A program made the translations under genes and the position numbers. Under the pieces are notes generated by a model, which did not search any database, was not told where the DNA came from, and worked only from the letters and a program-made list of their open reading frames with translations. From the NCBI GenBank assembly GCA_008932965.1, contig WBXG01000063.1, forward strand, positions 1-9,640: a stretch of 9,640 bases of DNA. The letters run 5' to 3'. Shown piece after piece: positions 1-6,625 of this stretch. Position 1 is the stretch's first letter. The number at the start of each line of letters is the position of its first letter. This DNA is from Verrucomicrobiota bacterium. GTDB lineage: Bacteria; Verrucomicrobiota; Verrucomicrobiia; Chthoniobacterales; UBA6821.

Positions 1-98
1 CCCCGAGTGTTGCTATCCATTAATGCGATTGCCAGTGGGCTAAGGACAACGGGTTAGTTTGTGCGTGACCGGTTGGATCAAGAAGATAAAATAAAAAA

Positions 99-941
99 AT
101 GTTTTTGAATTTCACCAAAATGAATGGTGCAGGTAACGATTTTATTCTACTTGATAATCGCAATGGTGAGATTCGACTTGGCACTCAGGAAATTTCAGCA
201 CTCTGTGATCGTCATCGCGGCATTGGGGGAGATGGACTCTTGATGTGCGAGGAACCCTCTTCAACTAGCAATGGAGGTAATAAGGCCATGGCCCGAATGC
301 GTTACTACAACGCTGATGGTAATGAAGTTGAAATGTGTGGTAATGGAGCTCGCTGCTTCACACGCTTTGTGGCTCGCCTTTTAAAAAAGAGAGATGGGAA
401 AATTATTTTTGAAACCATGGCAGGAATTCTTGAAGGAGAACTTCTTGAGAATGAGGTTAAGATCTCTATGAGCATTCCTCATTCGATTTGCCTCCATCAC
501 CCTATTGGAGAATATGGTGAGGTTCATAGCATTAATACAGGAGTCCCTCACGTTGTTCTTTTTGTAGATGATTTGGAGCATGCTCCTGTGATTAAGGTAG
601 GAAGAGCTTTGCGCCACCATTCTCAATTTGCTCCTGCTGGGACCAATGTAAATTTTGTAAAAGTGCTCGAACCCAATCACTTGGCTGTACGCACCTATGA
701 GCGTGGAGTAGAAGATGAAACACTTGCCTGCGGCACAGGGGTTGTGGCCTCTGCACTCATTCACCACCTTCTCTCTAAAGCGAGGAGCCCGATGAAAGTG
801 ATTGTTCATGGAGGTGAAATATTAGAAGTCGATTTTACCTTAGAAACCATTATTAATAGTTTCCCCCAATTTCAAGAGGTCGCCCTAAAAGGACCAGCTG
901 TTTTTGTTTTTGAAGGATCCACGATACTAAATACCCCATGA
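99..941 (+). CDS. dapF: Diaminopimelate epimerase
   Basis: 280-aa ORF. N-terminal F-x-K-M-x-G-x-GNDF motif (FTKMNGAGNDFILLD). Both catalytic-Cys motifs are present (EMCGNGARC and ETLACGTGVVA). The stop overlaps the dapA start (ATGA at 938-941). Confidence 0.9.
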   Translation: MFLNFTKMNGAGNDFILLDNRNGEIRLGTQEISALCDRHRGIGGDGLLMCEEPSSTSNGGNKAMARMRYYNADGNEVEMCGNGARCFTRFVARLLKKRDGKIIFETMAGILEGELLENEVKISMSIPHSICLHHPIGEYGEVHSINTGVPHVVLFVDDLEHAPVIKVGRALRHHSQFAPAGTNVNFVKVLEPNHLAVRTYERGVEDETLACGTGVVASALIHHLLSKARSPMKVIVHGGEILEVDFTLETIINSFPQFQEVALKGPAVFVFEGSTILNTP

Positions 942-1837
942 AAGAATACCCCTCTTTTGCAGGAGTTCATACTGCTCTTGTAACTCCTTTTTGTAATGCC
1001 CAGTTTGATGAAGCAACTTTTATAAAACTCATCGAACGCCAGATAGAAGCAGAAATTACTGGAATTGTGCCTGTTGGATCGACTGGTGAATCACCTACGC
1101 TCAGTCATCCAGAGCAACTGCGTGTTATTGATCTTGCCATTAAAACTGCAAGAAATGCTAATAGAAAAATTCTTGTAACTGCTGGAACTGGCTCCAATTC
1201 GACTGCAAAGGCTATTGAATCGACTCAAGAGGCCGAACGTCTTGGCGCCGATGCAGCGATGCTAGTTCTTCCCTACTACAACAAACCCTCTGCAGAGGGA
1301 ATCTACGCTCATTTCAAAGCTATTGCAGAATCAGTAAAAATTCCCATTATCATTTATGATGCCCCAGGACGCTGTGGCATTTCACTCCCTCTTTCTATCG
1401 CAGTAAGATTAGCAAATGATTGTCCCAACATCATTGGCATTAAAGATTGCAATGCCAGCCTGGAGCATATTGAAAAACTGCATTCGCAGCTTCCACCCCA
1501 TTTTCAACTCCTCTCTGGAGATGATATTTGGACACTCCCTTTTTTGCGTATAGGTGCTGTGGGAGTTATTAGCGTTGCTTCCAATCTCCTTCCCGTATCA
1601 ATAGTGAAACTTGTTTCATTGTTTGAATTGGGCCTATTGGAGGAGGCCCAGGAGCTTCATCTTAACTTGATCCCGCTTTTTAAAGATCTCTTTATTGAAA
1701 CCAACCCTGTTCCTATCAAAACAGCAATGGCCCTACGAGGACTTCTTCAAGAAGAGTTCCGATTACCTCTAGTTAGCTTAACAAATGAACATCGAGAGAT
1801 TTTGTTCCAGAGAGTAGAGAGCTACTCACTGGAATAA
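938..1837 (+). CDS. dapA: 4-hydroxy-tetrahydrodipicolinate synthase
   Basis: 299-aa ORF with DapA/NAL-family hallmarks: GSTGESPTLS, LPYYNKP and IIGIKD (Schiff-base Lys region). It sits between dapF and dapB. Confidence 0.92.
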   Translation: MKEYPSFAGVHTALVTPFCNAQFDEATFIKLIERQIEAEITGIVPVGSTGESPTLSHPEQLRVIDLAIKTARNANRKILVTAGTGSNSTAKAIESTQEAERLGADAAMLVLPYYNKPSAEGIYAHFKAIAESVKIPIIIYDAPGRCGISLPLSIAVRLANDCPNIIGIKDCNASLEHIEKLHSQLPPHFQLLSGDDIWTLPFLRIGAVGVISVASNLLPVSIVKLVSLFELGLLEEAQELHLNLIPLFKDLFIETNPVPIKTAMALRGLLQEEFRLPLVSLTNEHREILFQRVESYSLE

Positions 1838-1868
1838 ATACTCCTAAGCTCTAAAAATTCATAGAACC

Positions 1869-2603
1869 ATGACACATATTATTATTTACGGAGCCACCGG
1901 AAAGATGGGGAAAGCTCTTCTAGAATGCATCACACATAATGACAAACTACATCTCGTCGGTGCGCTTGGTTCTCATGATTCGATTGACCCAATACTGCAC
2001 GCAGCTGATGTGGTGATCGATTTTACTACCCTTGAAGCGACATTACCTTTAGTTGAAAAATGTGTTACTGCAAAGAAAGCCCTTGTTATCGGCACAACGG
2101 GTCACTCAAGCGAGGTGAGAAAACAGATTGAATCTGCCTCAAAGAATATCCCAATGATCTTTTCTCCCAATTTTAGCATTGGGGTAAATACCCTATTTTG
2201 GCTTACAAGAAAAGCCACTGCCATTTTAGGGAGCCACTACGATGCAGAAATTATAGAACTCCATCATCGTTTTAAAAAAGATGCCCCGAGTGGTACAGCT
2301 CGACATTTAGCAGAAATCATTGCCGAGGTACGCAATGTTGATGATGAAAAAGAGGTGCGTCATGGACGCGTTGGGATCCCAGGAGAGCGATCCTCCAATG
2401 AAATCGGAATCCATGCACTTCGGGCTGGTGATGCTATAGGAGAGCATACCGTATTGCTTGGAACGTTAGGAGAGCGGTTGGAACTGACGTATCGTGCCTC
2501 CTCTCGAGAGGCCTATGCACAAGGAGCACTTCGTGCTGCAGAGTGGCTTTGTCACAAGGAACCGGGATATTATGATATGGAGGATGTTTTAGAACTGAAG
2601 TGA
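1869..2603 (+). CDS. dapB: 4-hydroxy-tetrahydrodipicolinate reductase
   Basis: 244-aa ORF. N-terminal Rossmann motif GATGKMGK. Signature ELHHRFKKDAPSGTA (the E-x-HH-x-x-K-x-DAPSGTA motif of DapB). Confidence 0.92.
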   Translation: MTHIIIYGATGKMGKALLECITHNDKLHLVGALGSHDSIDPILHAADVVIDFTTLEATLPLVEKCVTAKKALVIGTTGHSSEVRKQIESASKNIPMIFSPNFSIGVNTLFWLTRKATAILGSHYDAEIIELHHRFKKDAPSGTARHLAEIIAEVRNVDDEKEVRHGRVGIPGERSSNEIGIHALRAGDAIGEHTVLLGTLGERLELTYRASSREAYAQGALRAAEWLCHKEPGYYDMEDVLELK

Positions 2604-2641
2604 AAAGGGGATGATAGAAGCATTACCTCATGATAAAGTAA

Positions 2642-2783
2642 CTAGCCCGGATATTTCCTACTAATTGTGACGAGGGAGCTGCAAAGGCTGATGGGGTCTG
2701 ACAACGGCTATATACGTACACACGAACCAAGAAAAACTTCCAGACCAACCTAGTAGCCGCCCTAATCTGCATATTTCACACTA
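2642..2783. mobile_element. Degenerate/chimeric copy (A) of the palindromic MITE-like repeat family
   Basis: The left terminus ctagcccggatatttcctact (2642-2662) and the following ~40 nt (agctgcaaaggctgatggggt) closely match copy B (agctgcgaaggctgatggggt). The middle (cggctatatacgtacac...ttccagaccaacctagta) resembles the centre of copies C/D. The proper right inverted terminus is missing. Instead a second terminus-like motif taatctgcatatttcacact (2763-2782) lies in direct orientation, 12 nt before the folK ATG. Confidence 0.55.
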
Positions 2784-2794
2784 AATTTCTTCCT

Positions 2795-3274
2795 ATGCCT
2801 ATTGGTATCGCTCTTGGTTCTAATCTTGGAGAAAGTAAAATGATTTTAAAAAAGAGTATTGAGGAGCTTCTAACAATCCATAACGGTGCACCCGAAACAT
2901 TCTTGAGATCCTCTTTTTATAAAACTGCTCCACTTGACTGTCCCCTAGGATCCCCTCCATTTCTCAATGCAGCTATTCAACTTGAGACACAACTCTCCCC
3001 ATATGAAGTGCTCGTATTTCTACAAGCAATGGAGCTTCAGGCTGGACGTCCTAACAAACGCGACTTCCATGCTCCAAGAACACTCGATCTAGATTTGCTC
3101 TATTACAATTCTATAACTATAGTTTCACCTCAATTAGTGCTTCCCCACCCTAGGATTCAACATCGATTTTTTGTATTAAAGCCGTTAGTAGACATCAATC
3201 CTGATCTCATCCTTCCTGGATGGGAGAAAACTGCAGCCTCCTACCTAGAGCTTCTAGAAACAACAGATATTTGA
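2795..3274 (+). CDS. folK: 2-amino-4-hydroxy-6-hydroxymethyldihydropteridine pyrophosphokinase (HPPK)
   Basis: 159-aa ORF with HPPK motifs: IALGSNLG, FLNAAIQLET, PRTLDLDLL, LVLPHPRIQHRFFVLKPL. The stop directly abuts the panB ATG (TGAATG). Confidence 0.9.
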   Translation: MPIGIALGSNLGESKMILKKSIEELLTIHNGAPETFLRSSFYKTAPLDCPLGSPPFLNAAIQLETQLSPYEVLVFLQAMELQAGRPNKRDFHAPRTLDLDLLYYNSITIVSPQLVLPHPRIQHRFFVLKPLVDINPDLILPGWEKTAASYLELLETTDI

Positions 3275-4045
3275 ATGAACCAAAAGAAATTTGCTGAGGT
3301 CGATCGTTTTTTTAGAGATTCAAAGACCTCACGCAACAAGATTGCCTCTCTTACTGCCTATGATTACCCAACGGCTCGTTTACTGGAGGAATCGGGAATT
3401 GATTTCATCCTTGTTGGGGATTCCCTTGGAATGGTTGTACTAGGTCATCCCGATACCACACAGGTAACTTTAGAGGATATAGAGCATCATCTCAAAGCTG
3501 TGCGAGGCGGTGTTTCAAGCAGCATTCTACTTGCTGACCTACCGATGGGAACAGCTGATGAGGTCGAGAGAGCTGTTTTATCGTCGCTTAGACTTCAATC
3601 TGCAGGTGCTGATATGGTGAAGCTAGAAGGTCCATTAATACTACAAATGAGGGCTATCGTTGCTGCTGGGATTCCGGTAATGGGACACATAGGAATGCTC
3701 TGCCAACAAATTTTAGTAGAAAAAAAATATCAGATAAAAGGGAAAACGCCTGAAGAGGCTTCACGCTTACTTCAAGAAGCCCATGCTATTGAAGAGGCTG
3801 GAGCGAGTGCTCTTGTTTTAGAGCTTGTTACTCCTTGGGTTGCTCAACAGATTACTAGAGAACTAGCAATTCCGACTATTGGCATTGGAAGTGGACCCGA
3901 TTGTGATGGGCAAATACTCGTCTATAGTGACCTTGTCGGTTTACAACCATGGTTTCGCCCCTCTTTTGTGATTCCGAAAGTGGATTTGGCAACTCCATTT
4001 AAAAAGGCGATAAGAGATTACATCCAAGAGACAAAAGCTGCATGA
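3275..4045 (+). CDS. panB: 3-methyl-2-oxobutanoate hydroxymethyltransferase (ketopantoate hydroxymethyltransferase)
   Basis: 256-aa ORF. PanB hallmarks: LTAYDYPTARLLEESGIDFILVGDSLGMVVLGH, VKLEG, GHIGM, IGIGSG.DCDGQILV. Confidence 0.92.
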   Translation: MNQKKFAEVDRFFRDSKTSRNKIASLTAYDYPTARLLEESGIDFILVGDSLGMVVLGHPDTTQVTLEDIEHHLKAVRGGVSSSILLADLPMGTADEVERAVLSSLRLQSAGADMVKLEGPLILQMRAIVAAGIPVMGHIGMLCQQILVEKKYQIKGKTPEEASRLLQEAHAIEEAGASALVLELVTPWVAQQITRELAIPTIGIGSGPDCDGQILVYSDLVGLQPWFRPSFVIPKVDLATPFKKAIRDYIQETKAA

Positions 4046-4938
4046 AAAGCTACCTCCAAATAAAGTCAGCCTTTGGTCAAAAGATGATGCTTTGGGGGGT
4101 AGTATTAAATATTTTCTTAGGAATACTCAAAAGCGCTACCGGTTTACTGGGGCATTCCAATGTGCTCCTAGCAGATGGTATCGATTCTATGGTCGATGTG
4201 CTTACCTCATTGATGACTTGGGGAGCGATGAAATATGGAACAAAGCCACCTGATCTAGATCATCCCTACGGTCATGGTAAGGCAGAGTCCTTGGCAGCTA
4301 TTGCCGGAGCGATGATCCTATTAGCTACAGGCCTTATTATTACTATTTTTAGCATTAATAATATTATTGATATTGGCCATGGCACCCATCCTAACCAAAC
4401 CAAGAGGTACACATTAGTAATTTTAATTATCTCAATCTTAGTTAAGGAGGGATTCTTTCGGCTCATTTTCACTCAAGCCAAAAAAATAGGGAGCACTGCA
4501 ATGCTTGCTGAAGCCTTCCATTATCGATCTGATGTTCTTATCTCACTGGCAGCATTGATTGGTATTTCAATTTCATTATTTGGTTCTGCAGCCTTTTCGT
4601 GTGCTGATGACTGGACAGCGCTCCTTGTCTGTTTAATTATTTTTTACAATGCTACAACAATATTACATGCCTCGTTTCGAGAAATTATGGATACTCAGGT
4701 GTCGCATGAATTAGAAAAAACTATTCTCAAACTTGCCTGTGAAGTAGAGGGGGTGAAAAGTGCAGAAAAATGCCGTGTGAGAAAAAGCGGCCTCTCCCTG
4801 CTTGCCGATTTACATATACGCGTGGATGCTCAATTAAGTGTTTTAAAAGGACACGCCATTACCCATCAGGTCAAAGATCATCTACTTAAGGCCAATTTAG
4901 ATCTTGAAGATATTACCCTTCACCTAGAGCCACAATAA
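4042..4938 (+). CDS. Cation diffusion facilitator (CDF) family divalent-metal efflux transporter
   Basis: 298-aa ORF with about six hydrophobic segments plus a C-terminal cytoplasmic domain. CDF metal-site motifs are present in TM2 (ADGIDSMVDV) and TM5 (AFHYRSDVLIS). The start overlaps the panB stop (ATGA 4042-4045). Confidence 0.85.
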   Translation: MKSYLQIKSAFGQKMMLWGVVLNIFLGILKSATGLLGHSNVLLADGIDSMVDVLTSLMTWGAMKYGTKPPDLDHPYGHGKAESLAAIAGAMILLATGLIITIFSINNIIDIGHGTHPNQTKRYTLVILIISILVKEGFFRLIFTQAKKIGSTAMLAEAFHYRSDVLISLAALIGISISLFGSAAFSCADDWTALLVCLIIFYNATTILHASFREIMDTQVSHELEKTILKLACEVEGVKSAEKCRVRKSGLSLLADLHIRVDAQLSVLKGHAITHQVKDHLLKANLDLEDITLHLEPQ

Positions 4939-4939
4939 A

Positions 4940-5082
4940 CTAGCCTGGATATTTCATACTAAAGCGTCATAAGGAAGCTGCGAAGGCTGATGGGGTACCA
5001 CCGCGGTCTCCCGACCGCCGGTGATGTCTGCATCAGGATTCGTGGCGCCTCGCGACGAATCAGTATGAAATGTCCGGGCTAG
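4940..5082. mobile_element. Short (143-bp) copy (B) of the palindromic MITE-like repeat family
   Basis: 21-nt terminal inverted repeats: ctagcctggatatttcatact (4940-4960) and agtatgaaatgtccgggctag (5062-5082), 19/21 complementary. The arms are imperfectly complementary along their whole length. The apex is a GC-rich hairpin, cacc-gcggtc-tccc-gaccgc-c-ggtg (4999-5023), centred on the element midpoint. CTAG lies at both ends. No ORF. Confidence 0.75.
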
Positions 5083-5240
5083 GTAGTAGGAATAAGATGA
5101 GCCTCTTTCTCAGTAAGGATTATTTCTTCATCGAGAAATTCTTTGAGAGCTTGATGGCACTGCTCCAGGGCATGTTCATTGACATGCCATCCACAAGTCG
5201 TGAGTTTTTTTTCTAGAGACATCGTAGAACGCTCCTCCAT
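5079..5240 (-). CDS. Hypothetical small protein (53 aa, or 47 aa from ATG 5222); alternatively a frameshifted C-terminal extension of the upstream hydrolase
   Basis: My own translation of the minus strand gives MEERSTMSLEKKLTTCGWHVNEHALEQCHQALKEFLDEEIILTEKEAHLIPTT*. A GGAGGA lies 10 nt upstream of the second ATG (5222). This frame stays open upstream to 5399, overlapping the hydrolase 3' end. The ORF fills an otherwise empty 223-bp gap. No recognisable family. Confidence 0.25.
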   Translation of the reverse strand: MEERSTMSLEKKLTTCGWHVNEHALEQCHQALKEFLDEEIILTEKEAHLIPTT

Positions 5241-5305
5241 TTGGAGCTTTAATTGCTGAAGACGCTTATCATTAAAATCATACTTTTGATTGCTAATATC
5301 TCTTT

Positions 5306-6400
5306 TTATCTCTGCAAACTCCCCATTAAAAAAAATTTCTCCTCCGGAAGCATCCCACAGGTCCCTAAAGAAAATGATTCTAAAGCCAGAGCTTCTTGTT
5401 CACTCTCATCGACATAATGCCCTTCTCCACAAAATAATTTAGACTTATAGAAAAAATTTCCTTGGTGAAGCTGGTGCTCAAACTCTTTAAACCATTGAAC
5501 TCGATTGAACGTGGATATTTCATGCTTATTACCTACGGAAGGAGGGAAGCCAGATGGATCCTGTGAGGAGAGTAATTGAATCCTGCACCCGACGTTTCCT
5601 TGATCCTTGGAACCACAGGCAATAGCTATTGGTATGTTTTGAGTCGCACACCTATCATGGGAATCTAACTCATTGTGAGAATTAGATAGAATGCTACCAA
5701 ATTTTCCACCTGTTGCCCAAGTGCCGCTAGAGCATGCTTCACAACCGATGACTAAATCGGGATGCTTCAACATGAAACGATGACTGAATTGACCTCCCGC
5801 AGAGTGACCATAGAGAAATATTTTTGGATGTAATTTGTAGGTAGCACGTAGCTGATGTAAAATACCAATAAGTTGTTCATCAGTTTTATTTTCTAAGAGT
5901 TGAAATCCTGATCCAAAACTTGGAGCAACGCCAATGCAATTTCCTAGTTCCACAAAATGCTTCAAGCTCCTAATGTCATCTCTTCCGAATCCATAGGCAC
6001 CGTGCACATAGCTTACAAGCCAATAGGTACGATTCGGGTCAAGAGTTTTAGGTAAATAAAGAAAGTAGTCGCGATTCATCGTACACTTCTTTTTTTCTAT
6101 AATCTGACTATTGCAATCCAAAGCACTTACGCTCTCTCCATGGGTTAACCCGCATATTTCATACTGGTTCGTCGCGAGGCGCCGCGAATCCTGATGCAGA
6201 CAAGGAAGGTGATGGATTACGACGACGGCTGTATGTTTCATACTGCCCGAGGAGCAATTCGAAGCTGACGCAGTATCCATCAGGTGTTCGCAAGCCACAG
6301 CAGAATCGGTATGAAATATGCGGGTTAAATCAGTCGATAAAAATGTGGAGAGGAAAATTAAAAAAAAGAGAGAAATGTGTTTTCTAAGATAACAAACCAT
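5306..6400 (-). CDS. Alpha/beta hydrolase (esterase / PHB-depolymerase-like) with N-terminal signal peptide, carrying an in-frame repeat-element insertion
   Basis: Nucleophile elbow GHSAGG, oxyanion-region VHGAYGFG and C-terminal GEGH (candidate catalytic His). The 393-aa track ORF is over-extended through the tRNA. A realistic start is M30 (6400), giving the signal peptide MVCYLRKHISLFFLIFLSTFLST, or M22 (6424). Residues 54-113 of the track ORF are encoded by repeat copy C. ATG 6079 (MNRDYFLYLPK...) would instead give a leaderless enzyme. Confidence 0.7.
   Translation of the reverse strand: MVCYLRKHISLFFLIFLSTFLSTDLTRIFHTDSAVACEHLMDTASASNCSSGSMKHTAVVVIHHLPCLHQDSRRLATNQYEICGLTHGESVSALDCNSQIIEKKKCTMNRDYFLYLPKTLDPNRTYWLVSYVHGAYGFGRDDIRSLKHFVELGNCIGVAPSFGSGFQLLENKTDEQLIGILHQLRATYKLHPKIFLYGHSAGGQFSHRFMLKHPDLVIGCEACSSGTWATGGKFGSILSNSHNELDSHDRCATQNIPIAIACGSKDQGNVGCRIQLLSSQDPSGFPPSVGNKHEISTFNRVQWFKEFEHQLHQGNFFYKSKLFCGEGHYVDESEQEALALESFSLGTCGMLPEEKFFLMGSLQR
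6145..6328. mobile_element. Long (184-bp) copy (C) of the palindromic MITE-like repeat family, inside the hydrolase CDS
   Basis: Perfect 20-nt terminal inverted repeats: ttaacccgcatatttcatac (6145-6164) and gtatgaaatatgcgggttaa (6309-6328). TTAA at both ends (6145-6148, 6325-6328), spaced 180 nt apart. Apex hairpin gtatg-ttt-catac (6231-6243) at the midpoint. The left arm is nearly identical to the reverse complement of the copy B right arm (ttcgtcgcgaggcgcc.cgaatcctgatgcagaca). Confidence 0.8.
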
Positions 6401-6429
6401 AGGGGGAGGATGCGCAGAAAACATTCTCT

Positions 6430-6503
6430 TCGGGCCGGCGGGATTTGAACCCACGACCTCTTGGACCCCATCCAAGCGCTCTACCAAGCTAAGCTACGGC
6501 CCG
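6430..6503 (-). tRNA. tRNA-Pro (anticodon GGG)
   Basis: The reverse complement folds as a canonical 74-nt cloverleaf. Acceptor stem CGGGCCG/CGGCCCG. D-stem GCTT/GAGC. Anticodon stem CTTGG/CCAAG with loop A-T-GGG-G-T. 5-nt variable loop. T-stem GTGGG/CCCGC with TTCAAAT loop. Discriminator A; CCA is not encoded. The MVERLDGVQEVVGSNPAGP start of the track ORF is the typical spurious translation of a tRNA. Confidence 0.93.
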
Positions 6504-6625
6504 CAAAAAATGCTCAAAAAAAGGCTAAAAAAGCACTTAGAAACTACTCTACCTATCACTCAGAGCAAGAAGAATAAAAAGAGACCATATCTCCATTTTT
6601 TCTTATAGGTAATGAAATAGGTGGG

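Noticed and set aside
1-98. Leader upstream of dapF as a possible lysine riboswitch, or the tail of an upstream gene (frame 1 is open to TAG at 55-57; a minus-strand ATG lies at 20-18)
   Set aside because: Only 98 nt are visible, too short for an L-box, and I cannot recognise its conserved motifs. The flanking ORF fragments are too short to call.
381-809. 142-aa minus-strand ORF
   Set aside because: It lies entirely antisense to the well-supported dapF CDS. The sequence is low-complexity with no motifs, so it is a shadow ORF.
4272-4472. 66-aa minus-strand ORF
   Set aside because: It lies antisense within the CDF transporter gene. Its hydrophobic composition mirrors the TM-coding strand, so it is a shadow ORF.
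5097-5216. 39-aa plus-strand ORF (MSLFLSKDYFFIEKFFESLMALLQGMFIDMPSTSREFFF) with AGGA 5 nt upstream
   Set aside because: It is short and Phe-rich with low complexity. It lies antisense to the longer open minus-strand frame, and nothing supports it beyond a weak RBS-like motif.
6360-6367. A8/T8 homopolymer in the signal-peptide-coding region as a phase-variation switch (similar tracts at 5205-5212 and 5328-5335)
   Set aside because: In this AT-rich sequence, T-runs simply encode the Phe/Leu-rich hydrophobic core (FFL) or Lys (EKK). Without population or read data there is no evidence of length variation. Only the 5328-5335 tract is kept, as part of a low-interest finding.
6401-6487. N-terminal 21-29 residues of the 393-aa minus-strand track ORF (MVERLDGVQEVVGSNPAGPKR...)
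   Set aside because: This stretch is the antisense-free translation of the tRNA-Pro gene itself (6430-6503). GSNP/VVGSNPAG-type peptides are the classic artefact of translating a T-arm. The real start must be downstream of the tRNA (6424, 6400 or 6079).
6504-6625. Promoter hexamers for the tRNA-Pro gene (for example TTGCTC and TAGAGT/TATAAG on the minus strand)
   Set aside because: The candidate -35/-10 pairs have wrong spacing (about 11 nt) or lie about 100 nt from the tRNA 5' end. I cannot support a specific promoter call from the sequence alone.
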